IMG/VR virus record: IMGVR_UViG_3300027805_000014
Coordinates: 1 to 60,199 of that record
Direction: 5' to 3' (one strand)
DNA length: 60,199 nt
From: a virus
Taxonomy: Duplodnaviria > Caudoviricetes
A model generated the notes under the pieces. That model did no database searches. It was not told the origin of the DNA and worked only from the letters and a program-made list of their open reading frames with translations. Below, piece by piece: positions 40,230 through 49,680 of the stretch. A program made the position numbers and the translations under genes. How positions within the stretch are numbered: position 1 is the stretch's first letter; each line of letters opens with the position of its first letter.

Positions 40230-41594
40230 TTAGAGCAGGTCATCAATAGATCTTGGCTTGGTTAATGCGGATAACGTAAAGGCTCCCGAACTTTGAATCG
40301 ACGACTTAGGTTTGAACTTTAGCGCAGGTTCGTCAAGATCAGAGATTCGTAGGCTAGTTTTATTCCATCGCATCAGCAGGTTTTTGCCAACTGCATCGCT
40401 GTTGCGTGACTTGACAAACTCAAAGCGATATTCTCCAGCTTCATCCATCGCCTCAGTCTTGACAAGAGCAACCATCAGATCAGACGTGTTGGTCTTCGAT
40501 GAACCGCCCTGAACGTCCCCTTGGTGCATCTGCCTACCTTCCTCGATTGCTGAGGTCGCGTGTTTACCAAGCTGGGAAGCTGAGATCATGATGCAGTCGT
40601 AGTCAAAGCCGATTGCACGGACTTCCTCAGAGACGTACTTGTCCTTCAGGAACATGTTGTCGCCAGCACCTCGCCGCACCGGCTCCATCAGGTCAAGGTA
40701 GTCTACGATGATCCAGTCTGGACGGAAGGCGTGACGGGCTTCAAGCTCTCTCAGGTAGGCAAGGATGTGGTTGGCGTTGGTGGTACCTTCGCGCATCCGC
40801 TTGATGAAGAAGCGGGCGCCAGTCTTCTCGTAAAACTTCTGAATCTCAGTAGCAACTACAGTCCGATTAGAGGGGATCATACCGCTTGCCATGCGTGCGA
40901 TCATCTGGTCAGTACGACGTGCAACCTTCTTGTCTCGCATCTCCAGTGAAATGTAGACGCCGTTGAGGCCTCGCGACATCAAATTGAGCCCAAGGTTGAG
41001 CATACCAACTGACTTACCGCCACCAGAAGGCGCTAGGAAGGTGATGAGCTCCTGGCGACCGATACCACCACCAATCATTTCATCTACGCTGTCCCATCCG
41101 GTAGGGATCAGCGCATCCTCGGTTTCATCTGCTTCAAGCCGGGCAATCGGGTTGTCAAAGTAGTCGATGCCAAGCTCAGTGATGATGTCTATCTCGGTGG
41201 CTTCCTTCAGCTTGGAAACCATCGTTCCAATGTCACCTTTTTCCAGGTAGCCGCCAGTTCCGATAGCCTTGGTGACCTCGTTGATGACTGCTCTGAAGCG
41301 ACAGAACTTGGCGATTTCCTTCAGCAGGTACTCGTTATCTCCGCGTTGCAGGAACACTTCTTGGCAGTCAAACTTGGTTGTGGCCTTTACAATTGGTAGC
41401 GCTGGAACGGCCCGGTGCTCCTGAAAATAGTCCTGCATGAACTTGATGACCTTTGCAGCTGTCGGGTCAAAATACTCAGGCTTGACAATTCCATTTAGGC
41501 GGGCAAAGAGCTCTGCGCTTGACAGCATCGAGTTGATGTAAAGACGCTGGGCGTCTTCATCCATCTGTGGTGGTCGATCTTGTTCTTTACTCAT
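40230..41594 (-). CDS. gp41: Replicative DnaB-like helicase (T4 gp41-like)
   Basis: IPTGW..D..IGGG, APSGGGKS Walker A, ISLEM, IIVDYLDLM, SASQL, KSRN. Confidence 0.92.
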   Translation of the reverse strand: MSKEQDRPPQMDEDAQRLYINSMLSSAELFARLNGIVKPEYFDPTAAKVIKFMQDYFQEHRAVPALPIVKATTKFDCQEVFLQRGDNEYLLKEIAKFCRFRAVINEVTKAIGTGGYLEKGDIGTMVSKLKEATEIDIITELGIDYFDNPIARLEADETEDALIPTGWDSVDEMIGGGIGRQELITFLAPSGGGKSVGMLNLGLNLMSRGLNGVYISLEMRDKKVARRTDQMIARMASGMIPSNRTVVATEIQKFYEKTGARFFIKRMREGTTNANHILAYLRELEARHAFRPDWIIVDYLDLMEPVRRGAGDNMFLKDKYVSEEVRAIGFDYDCIMISASQLGKHATSAIEEGRQMHQGDVQGGSSKTNTSDLMVALVKTEAMDEAGEYRFEFVKSRNSDAVGKNLLMRWNKTSLRISDLDEPALKFKPKSSIQSSGAFTLSALTKPRSIDDLL

Positions 41595-42607
41595 TTAGTT
41601 CCTCTCAGTTTGCCTATCATAACACCAAGAGACAGTTGGAGCTGGCTTTGCTGTGGATAGACTTCTTTGGTTGTTGCATTCTGCATCAGTGTGTAGATGG
41701 TGTAGGGAAGTCCAAACACCTGCACGCTTCTGTTGGCATCCTTTACTCGTTCATCAACGAAGCTGATTTCCCATCCATGCTCTAGGGCAGTTTTTCCAAA
41801 CACGCCGCCAGTCTTGTCGCGATCAATCACGAAGATTACACGCCTCCGGCATCTCTTTAGGATCTCAAGCTTTGCTGAGTTAAGACTCGCGCCAAGTGTG
41901 CACACCCCATCAAGCACCACTGCGTCAAACACGCCTTCTGTAACAAACAGCGGGGTGTCGCTCCACGTGAATATTTGGTCATACCCATATAGCACGGCGT
42001 CACGAGATACTGAAGAATTTAGGTATCGTGGTTTGATGCCGTCTTTGATGCTGCGCGCTTGCCAGTAGATTACCTTACCATCTCGGTAGAATGGGATAAC
42101 TGCCCTTCCCACGAAGCGCGGGTCAAGACTAAAGTGCACTTTCACCTTTAGCGGATCAATCTTTCTACTCTCTAGGTATTCAGCAATTGGAAGCTGCACA
42201 TCTATGTGGTGATCAACACCTATTGGAAATGACTGATTTGGAAGAGAAACTTCTGGAGTAAACAGCTTAACTTTCTTAAGCGCATCAAGAGTAACGTCTT
42301 CTTCTTCTTTCTTCACGTGACTGAATAGAGAAGATCTGATAACTGAAAGGTCCTCCTTGGTAATCCCAAAGGCTTCAAGGATTTGTCTGAAGTTCCTTGA
42401 TAAACGCCCCGTCCCTTCTTCGTAGCGGGCCTTCGCACCACAGTTCCAACAGCTGAAGCCTACGTTTTCACCGTCAAAACGGAAAGCGGCTCGAGGTGAA
42501 TGATCATGACACACCTCGCATCTTAGTTCATGAAATCCTCTTGGGTTAAGAGGACCAAGAACTAATTTTGACCTAATGACATCAGCTAAAGACGAATTGT
42601 GTATCAT
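41591..42607 (-). CDS. gp61: DNA primase (T4 gp61-like)
   Basis: Zn finger CEVC..CWNC; YWQARSI; TOPRIM VTEGVFDA, DRDKTG, KDAN. Confidence 0.9.
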   Translation of the reverse strand: MIHNSSLADVIRSKLVLGPLNPRGFHELRCEVCHDHSPRAAFRFDGENVGFSCWNCGAKARYEEGTGRLSRNFRQILEAFGITKEDLSVIRSSLFSHVKKEEEDVTLDALKKVKLFTPEVSLPNQSFPIGVDHHIDVQLPIAEYLESRKIDPLKVKVHFSLDPRFVGRAVIPFYRDGKVIYWQARSIKDGIKPRYLNSSVSRDAVLYGYDQIFTWSDTPLFVTEGVFDAVVLDGVCTLGASLNSAKLEILKRCRRRVIFVIDRDKTGGVFGKTALEHGWEISFVDERVKDANRSVQVFGLPYTIYTLMQNATTKEVYPQQSQLQLSLGVMIGKLRGTK

Positions 42608-42654
42608 CTTTATATTGTATCAAACTGGGGCATTAAGAAATATCAAAGCAAAGA

Positions 42655-43290
42655 TTAGCGCTTTTGCTTGACCATTGTAAGCTTTCTTTCAGCGCCAATC
42701 GCATAGTGGAAGGTGCTATTATCAACCTCTTGCACACCACCTGGCCCTCTATTGTACGCGTTCATAAGAGCTCTACCAGAGAAACCATATTCCTGTTGCA
42801 GCAGCTTTAGGTACCTTGTTCCAACTTCAAGGTTAAAACGATCATTGAGAATTAAGTTTGCCTTAATCTCATCATCTGTGCGAGTATGAAACCCGTAGAC
42901 AGTGAATAGAAAAGGCCAGCGCTGAAGCACATCCTTAGCAGCCGCAAGCTTGATCTGCATTGGGCCAAAATACGCCTCTGGCCCAGGATTTGCCACTCTG
43001 TAGCTTTTTAGCCCGCCTGCGTGCGTTTCTTGAAGCAGCACCGCTTGAACAACTTCAGGATTTTTGAATCCATTTGCCTTGGCAACCTCGTAGGCCATAT
43101 TAAGAAGCTTATGCTGCTTTTCAGAAAGATTAGATGGAAGAAGCTGAACAGCTTGCCCGCCAATGACTTTCTGTGGCTTTTCTCCAATTACCGCAGTCGC
43201 GATTGGTTGAGGAATTCGCTGCATCGTGATAAACACGAGAGCCAAAACAGAAAGGACAACTAAGATAAGAAATGCAAAAACTGATCTCAT
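42655..43290 (-). CDS. Lytic transglycosylase (SLT-like) with N-terminal membrane anchor
   Basis: AVLLQET, GPMQI, GTRYL, AYNRG; hydrophobic N-terminus. Confidence 0.8.
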   Translation of the reverse strand: MRSVFAFLILVVLSVLALVFITMQRIPQPIATAVIGEKPQKVIGGQAVQLLPSNLSEKQHKLLNMAYEVAKANGFKNPEVVQAVLLQETHAGGLKSYRVANPGPEAYFGPMQIKLAAAKDVLQRWPFLFTVYGFHTRTDDEIKANLILNDRFNLEVGTRYLKLLQQEYGFSGRALMNAYNRGPGGVQEVDNSTFHYAIGAERKLTMVKQKR

Positions 43291-43458
43291 TTTGTATCCT
43301 TACTAGGAGATACGTACATTATTAGACAATAGTTAGAATATTTTAACTTGTTTGCGCGTAAATGAAACCGCCAAAAAATGATTCAGCATTTTCAGTGGTT
43401 CACTCACAAATCCCGTAGGATCTATATTTAACAGTATGCTTTAGAAATGCTAAACAGA

Positions 43459-44301
43459 TTAGCTGTCTGCTGTTTGCATTTTGCCTATAGAATGAAGCAA
43501 CCAGCCTGCACCAGCGCCGTGTTTAAACCTGTGCGGTACTTTCCTGCATGACTGCAAAGTTGTCCACGGAATGCCTGTTGCTTCCTGCGCAGCTAACATA
43601 CTGTCAAATTTGTAAACTTGCCCGTTTGAATCTTTTAAAACAACACTTCTTTTTCTGGCAGACCGTTTAGCCTTAACTGACCATTGGCGCTCAACAGCAC
43701 TGGCCCGCAGAGCTTTAGTTGCTGTTAGCTGTTTTTTAATTTCTTCTTGCATTCTAAAACTGCCAACATCAGTGAATGAGAATGCTCGGCCTTTATGTTT
43801 TCCGCATGTAATTACGACTACCTCAGATGTTGACAGTCGTTTTTGCAAATTGCTTCTGCCTATTTTTTCACTAGAGCAAAAACGATAAAAGTCAGGATGG
43901 CAGTAGTATTTCCCATCAGTCATTTCAAAAATCGGTATAGCAAGTCTAATGGCTTTTCTTGCTGCCTCGTATTGCTTAGAGGTTAATGTCCGCTGGTGAT
44001 TGCGGCAAGATGTCATGAAGAAAGATAAAGCTAAGTTCATCGATCTCTTTGCTTTACCTTCAGTGCATCTTGCGAGCAGACGATGAGCTATGAAATGCTC
44101 ACGGGGTGTTAGCGCAACCAAGTTACGACTTGAATTACTTCCACCTAGAGATCTTGGAAGTATGTGGTGTTTTTCTATATGACCCTCAGGAGCATTATGC
44201 ATTCGATGAGTCATAAGAAGAACATACCAGCGAAGAAACTTATTTCGTTTGAGGCCCGGCGTTTTAAGCAGTCGGGCCTCAAGATGCATTACTGCATCCA
44301 A
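43459..44301 (-). CDS. HNH homing endonuclease (free-standing)
   Basis: EKHHILPRSLGGSN..NLVALTPREHFIAHRLL; C-terminal FDSMLAAQEATGI HTH/NUMOD-like segment. Confidence 0.88.
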   Translation of the reverse strand: MDAVMHLEARLLKTPGLKRNKFLRWYVLLMTHRMHNAPEGHIEKHHILPRSLGGSNSSRNLVALTPREHFIAHRLLARCTEGKAKRSMNLALSFFMTSCRNHQRTLTSKQYEAARKAIRLAIPIFEMTDGKYYCHPDFYRFCSSEKIGRSNLQKRLSTSEVVVITCGKHKGRAFSFTDVGSFRMQEEIKKQLTATKALRASAVERQWSVKAKRSARKRSVVLKDSNGQVYKFDSMLAAQEATGIPWTTLQSCRKVPHRFKHGAGAGWLLHSIGKMQTADS

Positions 44302-44307
44302 AATATG

Positions 44308-44730
44308 TTAAATGCCAGGAATCTGACCTGCTACAGTTCCTTGATCACCCTTGGTGAACTCTGAACCAATCTGCATGTCAGATCCATAAACTTCAACAGT
44401 CGCTAATCCTCCGCCGAGGACTGCACCTCGAGGGCGCTTGACTTTGACGTAATTCATATGAAAGAAATCTAGAGCGTTAGTTCCATTGTTCAGCTTTCCT
44501 TGAGACAGCAGTTCCCACAGGGGATACTTGTCAGCATGAACGCTTACCAGGAACCTCTTCAGCCGTGCTTTGTCTATGGGGTGAAGCTTATCTACTTCAA
44601 TACCATAGATTGTGCCATCGGGTGTTTCAGAAACAACAGCAATTTCCTTTAGGATACCGTCATCATTCCAATCAATGAGGAAAACGTGCTGTAGGTCGGT
44701 TGGACGCTTTTCAATCTTTGTAGTAGCCAT
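44308..44730 (-). CDS. Hypothetical protein
   Basis: AAGGAG RBS, clean ORF, upstream TAAATA. Confidence 0.7.
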   Translation of the reverse strand: MATTKIEKRPTDLQHVFLIDWNDDGILKEIAVVSETPDGTIYGIEVDKLHPIDKARLKRFLVSVHADKYPLWELLSQGKLNNGTNALDFFHMNYVKVKRPRGAVLGGGLATVEVYGSDMQIGSEFTKGDQGTVAGQIPGI

Positions 44731-44873
44731 TGCATATCTCCTTGCTTGGTTATGGGAAACACGTTAGACGTTTTATCCCTCACGGGAACCCTTTAAAATG
44801 TCTAGAGTGTTTCTAGACACAACCTATTTATTGTGGAGAAGAGAGGTTACTGCAGGAAGATGTTGCCGACTAC

Positions 44874-44881
44874 TATAAATA
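44874..44881 (+). promoter_or_regulatory. T4-consensus late promoter TATAAATA for the antisense endonuclease
   Basis: Exact motif about 27 bp upstream of ATG 44908; divergent AATAAATA at 44825-44832. Confidence 0.6.
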
Positions 44882-44907
44882 GCACAAAATATCTGGAAGT
44901 GTCTCCT

Positions 44908-45639
44908 ATGAAACTACGAAACACTCTTCTATCTTTGAATGTGTTTGATCATAACCGCATCAACGTGAACTCGCAACGCATAGTCAAGCGAAATCCAGAA
45001 GTGTTTCGCGCCCTGGAAGCAGAAACAGCATTCCTCGGTGACGCCTCTCTCAAAGAGAGGATATTTGCTGTATTTGCTGGAATAACGTCACGACCCATTT
45101 GCTCCTGTGGAAATAGGGTGTTGTTTGAAGAACGAGGAAAGCCGCGATACAGAAGCGCGTGCTCTGGAAAATGTGCCGCTCAAGTTAGATTGAAAACCCT
45201 TGGGCCCGAAGGTGTAGCAGAAGTTTCCGCTAAACGAAAATCTTCGATGCTGAAGATAGGTGCTGATGGCAAGACCACTTTCCAACGCATGTATGACAAA
45301 CAACACGAAACCAAGGTGAAGAAGGGGATTTTCGTTCCCAGGGACAAAATGACAGCAAAACAGAGGTATCATTCTGAATGCTGGCGCATCACTAGATCCA
45401 ATGATCTGTCAAAGTTACCTAACTTTCACCTGCGTGGAAAGAACGGCAACCCCGGTGCGTTTCAAATAGACCACAAGATCTCTATCAGTTATGGATTTCT
45501 ACACGGCATATCACCTAGCGTGATAGGGCATTTCTGCAACCTTGAAATGATACCGTGGGAAAGCAACGTCAAGAAGAACTATCGGTGCAGTATTTCACTC
45601 GAAGAACTTTCTGACAGAATATCAAAACGCCAAAGTTGA
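44908..45639 (+). CDS. Putative HNH-type homing endonuclease, opposite to its neighbours
   Basis: CSCG..CSGKC Zn motif; QIDHKIS..NLEMIPWESNVKK. Confidence 0.75.
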   Translation: MKLRNTLLSLNVFDHNRINVNSQRIVKRNPEVFRALEAETAFLGDASLKERIFAVFAGITSRPICSCGNRVLFEERGKPRYRSACSGKCAAQVRLKTLGPEGVAEVSAKRKSSMLKIGADGKTTFQRMYDKQHETKVKKGIFVPRDKMTAKQRYHSECWRITRSNDLSKLPNFHLRGKNGNPGAFQIDHKISISYGFLHGISPSVIGHFCNLEMIPWESNVKKNYRCSISLEELSDRISKRQS

Positions 45640-46629
45640 TTTCTTCTTTGCCGCACGATACTCTGCGGCTGCTTCCTTCATTGGTGAATGTATCCCTGTG
45701 GCACTCAACATTTCCACGAAGTACTGCGCCTCTTCTGCGATTTTCTTCAGTCCGTACTTTGAACAGAACTTGACAAAATGGAAGTAACTAAACTGCCCAT
45801 GGTGAACAACCTCGCGTTCAATGGTTTCAGTTATAAGCTGACGAATGTCTTCAGGCTGCTTTGAAAGGTCCATCAGCAGCTCATTCTCAGCGAAGAGGTC
45901 ACCAACTTGGAAGGTCCGCTTCTCGCCAGTGGATGGATCGCTGAACTCCCAGGTCTCATTGAACAGGTTGGTCCGAGCGTACTCGTCCTTGAAGGCAGCC
46001 TCGATCTTTGTCGAGCGGACGCGCGGATAAGCTGACATCACGTTGTCGCCGGCATCACCACGAATGCACTTCTCAAACATGAAGTACTTTGGATCGATGC
46101 GCTCCCCAGTTTTCTTGTCATTTCCTCGTAGCTTACCGTCATCTGGGTTCATCAGTGAAACACCTGGAAGGTCAAGCAGCTGCATGAAGTCCTTGTCGCC
46201 CGACAGAATGATGACCTCATCACCCTTTGCTGAGAAGTGCTGGGCGTAGCCAGCGATGACGTCATCACCTTCAAGCCGAGGATGCGACAGGCAGACCAGC
46301 GAGGTGTGCTGGCGGGCGAGCTGTTCAAAGGACTTGATGAGCTCGAAGAACGGGATCATGCTGTCGTCCTTCACCCGGTTTGCCTTATAAATGCGCTTTG
46401 ACACGCAAGCATCTGACTTGGTGTAGGTCTTTCGCCAGTTGTCAGCCCCTTCGAAAGCCATTGCGACCTGGTCAGGTTGGACCTTTCGGTAGAATGACTT
46501 AAGGGTATTGAGGCTCATGTGCATCGCAAGACCTGCTTGGTCCTCAGCTGAGCCAGTGGCATGATATTTCCCGTGAGCAGAAGAAACTCGAAACAAAAGG
46601 TTGGAGGTGTCAACAATAAGGCGCTTCAT
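45622..46629 (-). CDS. rnh: RNase H / 5'-3' flap exonuclease (T4 rnh-like)
   Basis: LIVDTSN, YKANR, EGDDVIA, SGDKDFMQL, GDAGDNV. Confidence 0.9.
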   Translation of the reverse strand: MKRLIVDTSNLLFRVSSAHGKYHATGSAEDQAGLAMHMSLNTLKSFYRKVQPDQVAMAFEGADNWRKTYTKSDACVSKRIYKANRVKDDSMIPFFELIKSFEQLARQHTSLVCLSHPRLEGDDVIAGYAQHFSAKGDEVIILSGDKDFMQLLDLPGVSLMNPDDGKLRGNDKKTGERIDPKYFMFEKCIRGDAGDNVMSAYPRVRSTKIEAAFKDEYARTNLFNETWEFSDPSTGEKRTFQVGDLFAENELLMDLSKQPEDIRQLITETIEREVVHHGQFSYFHFVKFCSKYGLKKIAEEAQYFVEMLSATGIHSPMKEAAAEYRAAKKKSTLAF

Positions 46630-46655
46630 AGGTTGATTATATCACAAGTTGGTGA

Positions 46656-47024
46656 TTAGCGACGCTGCATCTGCGGATGTTTGTTACCAGACATTCCGTC
46701 GGTGTTTCTAGTTACAGTTTCACCTCGTGGAACCAAGCCGTACAGCATGTCAAGGTCTTCACCGCGCCCACGGATAAGCTCGACCGTTACGTTGAGCAGT
46801 GGTTGCCAGGTTGGTAGGAAATCTCGGCGAGAGAACGTGGTGCGCAGGTACATGGCGAGCTCCATGCACTCAAGTGACTGGCGACCCATCATGATTTCCT
46901 GCAGACGCCTTTCAAGCGCTTGGTCAATGTCTTCATCTAGAAATCCAAAGGTGCCGGGAGCTGCTGTCAGATCAAAGATCTCATCAGCAATCTGAGTTAG
47001 ACGCTCGGTAGAAACTTCTCTCAT
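46656..47024 (-). CDS. Hypothetical protein
   Basis: ATGA-coupled ORF in the - strand operon. Confidence 0.6.
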   Translation of the reverse strand: MREVSTERLTQIADEIFDLTAAPGTFGFLDEDIDQALERRLQEIMMGRQSLECMELAMYLRTTFSRRDFLPTWQPLLNVTVELIRGRGEDLDMLYGLVPRGETVTRNTDGMSGNKHPQMQRR

Positions 47025-47326
47025 TGCATCAGCACATTCTGGTTGCTGGACAACTGAGGATGAGCCTCAGACTGCACAGCCTCATCACCTGCCATTAGCG
47101 ACATTGGTCTAAGGGCTGAAGCTAGAAAGAAAAGCTGAACTGTGTCTTCATCTGTTTCTGCCTGAAATCCAAGAGACTTGACTTTCTCAACGAATGCATC
47201 GTTGTAGTCAAAGCCCATCTTTACGCGACCATCTGCTTCAAATTCCTGGATTTCCAGCATAGCCCATGGCTTTTCTTCCTTTCGCATTGACCTGCTGAAT
47301 AGCCTACGGATCCACTCCTTTACCAT
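47021..47326 (-). CDS. Hypothetical protein
   Basis: KPWA..FDYNDAFV..L...GF pattern; overlaps neighbours. Confidence 0.65.
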   Translation of the reverse strand: MVKEWIRRLFSRSMRKEEKPWAMLEIQEFEADGRVKMGFDYNDAFVEKVKSLGFQAETDEDTVQLFFLASALRPMSLMAGDEAVQSEAHPQLSSNQNVLMQ

Positions 47327-47679
47327 TTTCCTGCCCCTTGAACTGCCTTGGCACCTTGAAGGAGTCGCTCAACTTCAGGACGCAGGACCTCAGCAATCTT
47401 TTCAACCAGCATACTTTCAGCCAAGGTGTTGGCGATGCTGTGTGTCAGGTCCTGCACCGTATTGTTGGCAAAGGTGCTGATGCCAATAGTTGCTGTAGTT
47501 CGCTTACCACCAAAGCCCAATGTTACCCTGACCGTACCATCCTGCGCAACTTCACCTGCGACAATTGGTGTCCACTTTTCAGCAAGCGGTTGGACTTCCA
47601 TCAGTTGACGGTGAAGTTCAGCTACCTGTTGCTCAAGACGAGCAACGTACTCAATTCGGCTCTTTTCAATGTCGTCCAT
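47320..47679 (-). CDS. Hypothetical protein (start at MDDIEK)
   Basis: GGAG RBS upstream of ATG 47679. Confidence 0.6.
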   Translation of the reverse strand: MDDIEKSRIEYVARLEQQVAELHRQLMEVQPLAEKWTPIVAGEVAQDGTVRVTLGFGGKRTTATIGISTFANNTVQDLTHSIANTLAESMLVEKIAEVLRPEVERLLQGAKAVQGAGKW

Positions 47680-47680
47680 G

Positions 47681-48400
47681 TTATTCTCCAGTTGCCTGTG
47701 GCATAATGATGAGTGAATGTCCTTTGAGAAGGCAAGTAAGAGAACCACCTTCACCGATGACTACCGAGACTTCATCTTGGTCCTTCGCTGCATTTGACAG
47801 AAGATTCGCAAGAAGGTCAGCACGGTATACAAACACGATACTCTCTGGCTCAACAACAAACTCAGCTTGCTTCTCAAGAACAAGAGCAAAACGGTCATTA
47901 TTGCTATCAGCACACTCAGCGTGAACTGTGCCAGCCCTATCAACCTTGACTACAATGTTCTCCGCACCGAGAGTACGGGCACCTTGCGCCAGCTGGGTGA
48001 TTTCACCTCGAGTGAAAGTGACAACAACTGCCTCAGTGTCAGCGTTCTCCTGTGGGTACTTCCTGTCCAGAAGAGACATTGAGGTGCAGCGAAACTGCAG
48101 CTTTGTCCGACCCGCCGAGAGAGTAATTTGGCTGACCTCGCTCTTGTCATTGACCTTGAGCTCGGCTTCAACGCCATCTCCAAAGAGAGATACTCGCTTC
48201 GTGAGCTCGTCAACTCGGCCAATACCAACCTTTATTTCGGCAGAACAGCTTAGCTCCAGCCTGCTGATGATTGCAGCATCGCGCTTATCATTGACACCAA
48301 GGATCTTTCCATCTCGAAGAACTGCAAGCTCAATGCCAACAATTCGGCTTACGGTGAGAGCTGTCTTCAGCTTCTCGATATCAGTAGTGTTAAGCTTCAT
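47681..48400 (-). CDS. Possible sliding-clamp-like protein
   Basis: About 240 aa, two-domain helix/beta pattern, downstream of the polymerase; no diagnostic motif. Confidence 0.4.
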   Translation of the reverse strand: MKLNTTDIEKLKTALTVSRIVGIELAVLRDGKILGVNDKRDAAIISRLELSCSAEIKVGIGRVDELTKRVSLFGDGVEAELKVNDKSEVSQITLSAGRTKLQFRCTSMSLLDRKYPQENADTEAVVVTFTRGEITQLAQGARTLGAENIVVKVDRAGTVHAECADSNNDRFALVLEKQAEFVVEPESIVFVYRADLLANLLSNAAKDQDEVSVVIGEGGSLTCLLKGHSLIIMPQATGE

Positions 48401-48719
48401 AGATGTTTCTACGATTGATTTGATCAATTGTATCACTGATTGAGTTCAAAATGCAGTGAGCGTCTGATTGAAGATCCTCATCCTTGAGCTCCATCAGCTT
48501 TTCTTGCCTGTAGAAGAAGGTGGTAACTAACCGCTGGTGGTCGAACTCAACCGAGCAGCCAAGTTTGACGGCGCCCTGAATGATCCAGTTTTCACGGTAA
48601 AACTCAAACTGTTCGTGGATTTCTTCCTCTTCAACAGGAATAATGTTGTCATCCACCTCATTTAGCTCTAGCTCAATCTCAACCTCTTGTTCTTTCTTCT
48701 TTCTGCTGGTAATCTTCAT
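48390..48719 (-). CDS. Hypothetical acidic protein
   Basis: ORF between the polymerase C-part and the clamp candidate. Confidence 0.55.
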   Translation of the reverse strand: MKITSRKKKEQEVEIELELNEVDDNIIPVEEEEIHEQFEFYRENWIIQGAVKLGCSVEFDHQRLVTTFFYRQEKLMELKDEDLQSDAHCILNSISDTIDQINRRNIYEA

Positions 48720-48720
48720 T

Positions 48721-49680
48721 TTAGAACCTCAAGAGCTTATTGACCAGTGCTCGCTGCGGAGTAGGCACTTCCCAACCCATCGCCTCGAAGATACCATCGA
48801 GCTTTGCATCAATCATCTTCTGCTCAGTCAGCTTGGTGTCAACCGCGAAGTGCTCAGTAAACCAGCTCGGAAACTCATAGGCATCTGCCGGAAAGGCGAT
48901 GGACTTCAGACCATCAGGATTGCCCTTCAAGTAGAAGATGATGACCTTGTCTCCTGACTTCAGGAGCTTTGCGCCTTGCTCGTAAGTAGACACCAACCTG
49001 TTGTAGTTCATCGCTGCTCGAACATGCCCAGGTACATTCTGTGGACCATTGCCGGTGTTGAGCTTGCCTTGCGCAGGGTAACCAGCCCTCTGCCAAGCTG
49101 CATAGAAGGCATCAAGGTTGTTCACCTGCTTGGCAACACCCATCGTGAAAATGTCACCGTCCTTACCGAGCAGGTCCTTGCGCCGCCTATTAACGAACTC
49201 CTCAATTGTTGGGTAGTCCTTACCGTCCAAGAGAAGCCCCATTAGGTCCTTCAAGAACTGCTGGATGATCTTGGGAGTGTCAGCCTTCTTGATCTCAGAG
49301 CCCTGTGACTTGAGCTTGTCGACTGATGCACCTTCAAGGTCGACCACCTTTAGCACATATTTCTTTTTTGCTTGAAAGATGCCACGCTCTACAACTACCT
49401 CTCGCCCTGCCTTGATGAGGTTGTCGAAACCTGGTTGACAGTTGAACGACCGGCGCACGAACTCAGGAAAGCTGTCATTGGTCAGCCGTGCAGTCTCATC
49501 AGCAACAGCGACTGCCTCCTCCTTGTCGGAAGCATGCGTCTTAAAGTAACAGCTGTTGTGAACCAAGATACCATTTGCAAAAAAATACGGTGTTGTAGCA
49601 TCCTCCATAATGATATCGTAGACATACTCGTCGTTGAAGTCATCAAGCTGTTCTACATTTTTGACTTTTAGCCTTTTCAT
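48721..49680 (-). CDS. polB: Family B DNA polymerase C-terminal part, preceded by 42-aa split-intein C-fragment (49680..49555)
   Basis: YVYDI..PYFFANGILVHN|SCYF intein end; KKKYV, GSEIKKADTP, VPGHVRAA. Confidence 0.92.
   Translation of the reverse strand: MKRLKVKNVEQLDDFNDEYVYDIIMEDATTPYFFANGILVHNSCYFKTHASDKEEAVAVADETARLTNDSFPEFVRRSFNCQPGFDNLIKAGREVVVERGIFQAKKKYVLKVVDLEGASVDKLKSQGSEIKKADTPKIIQQFLKDLMGLLLDGKDYPTIEEFVNRRRKDLLGKDGDIFTMGVAKQVNNLDAFYAAWQRAGYPAQGKLNTGNGPQNVPGHVRAAMNYNRLVSTYEQGAKLLKSGDKVIIFYLKGNPDGLKSIAFPADAYEFPSWFTEHFAVDTKLTEQKMIDAKLDGIFEAMGWEVPTPQRALVNKLLRF

Noticed and set aside
44833-44907. Longer GTG start for the + strand HNH gene
   Set aside because: The extension spans the TATAAATA motif; ATG 44908 fits better
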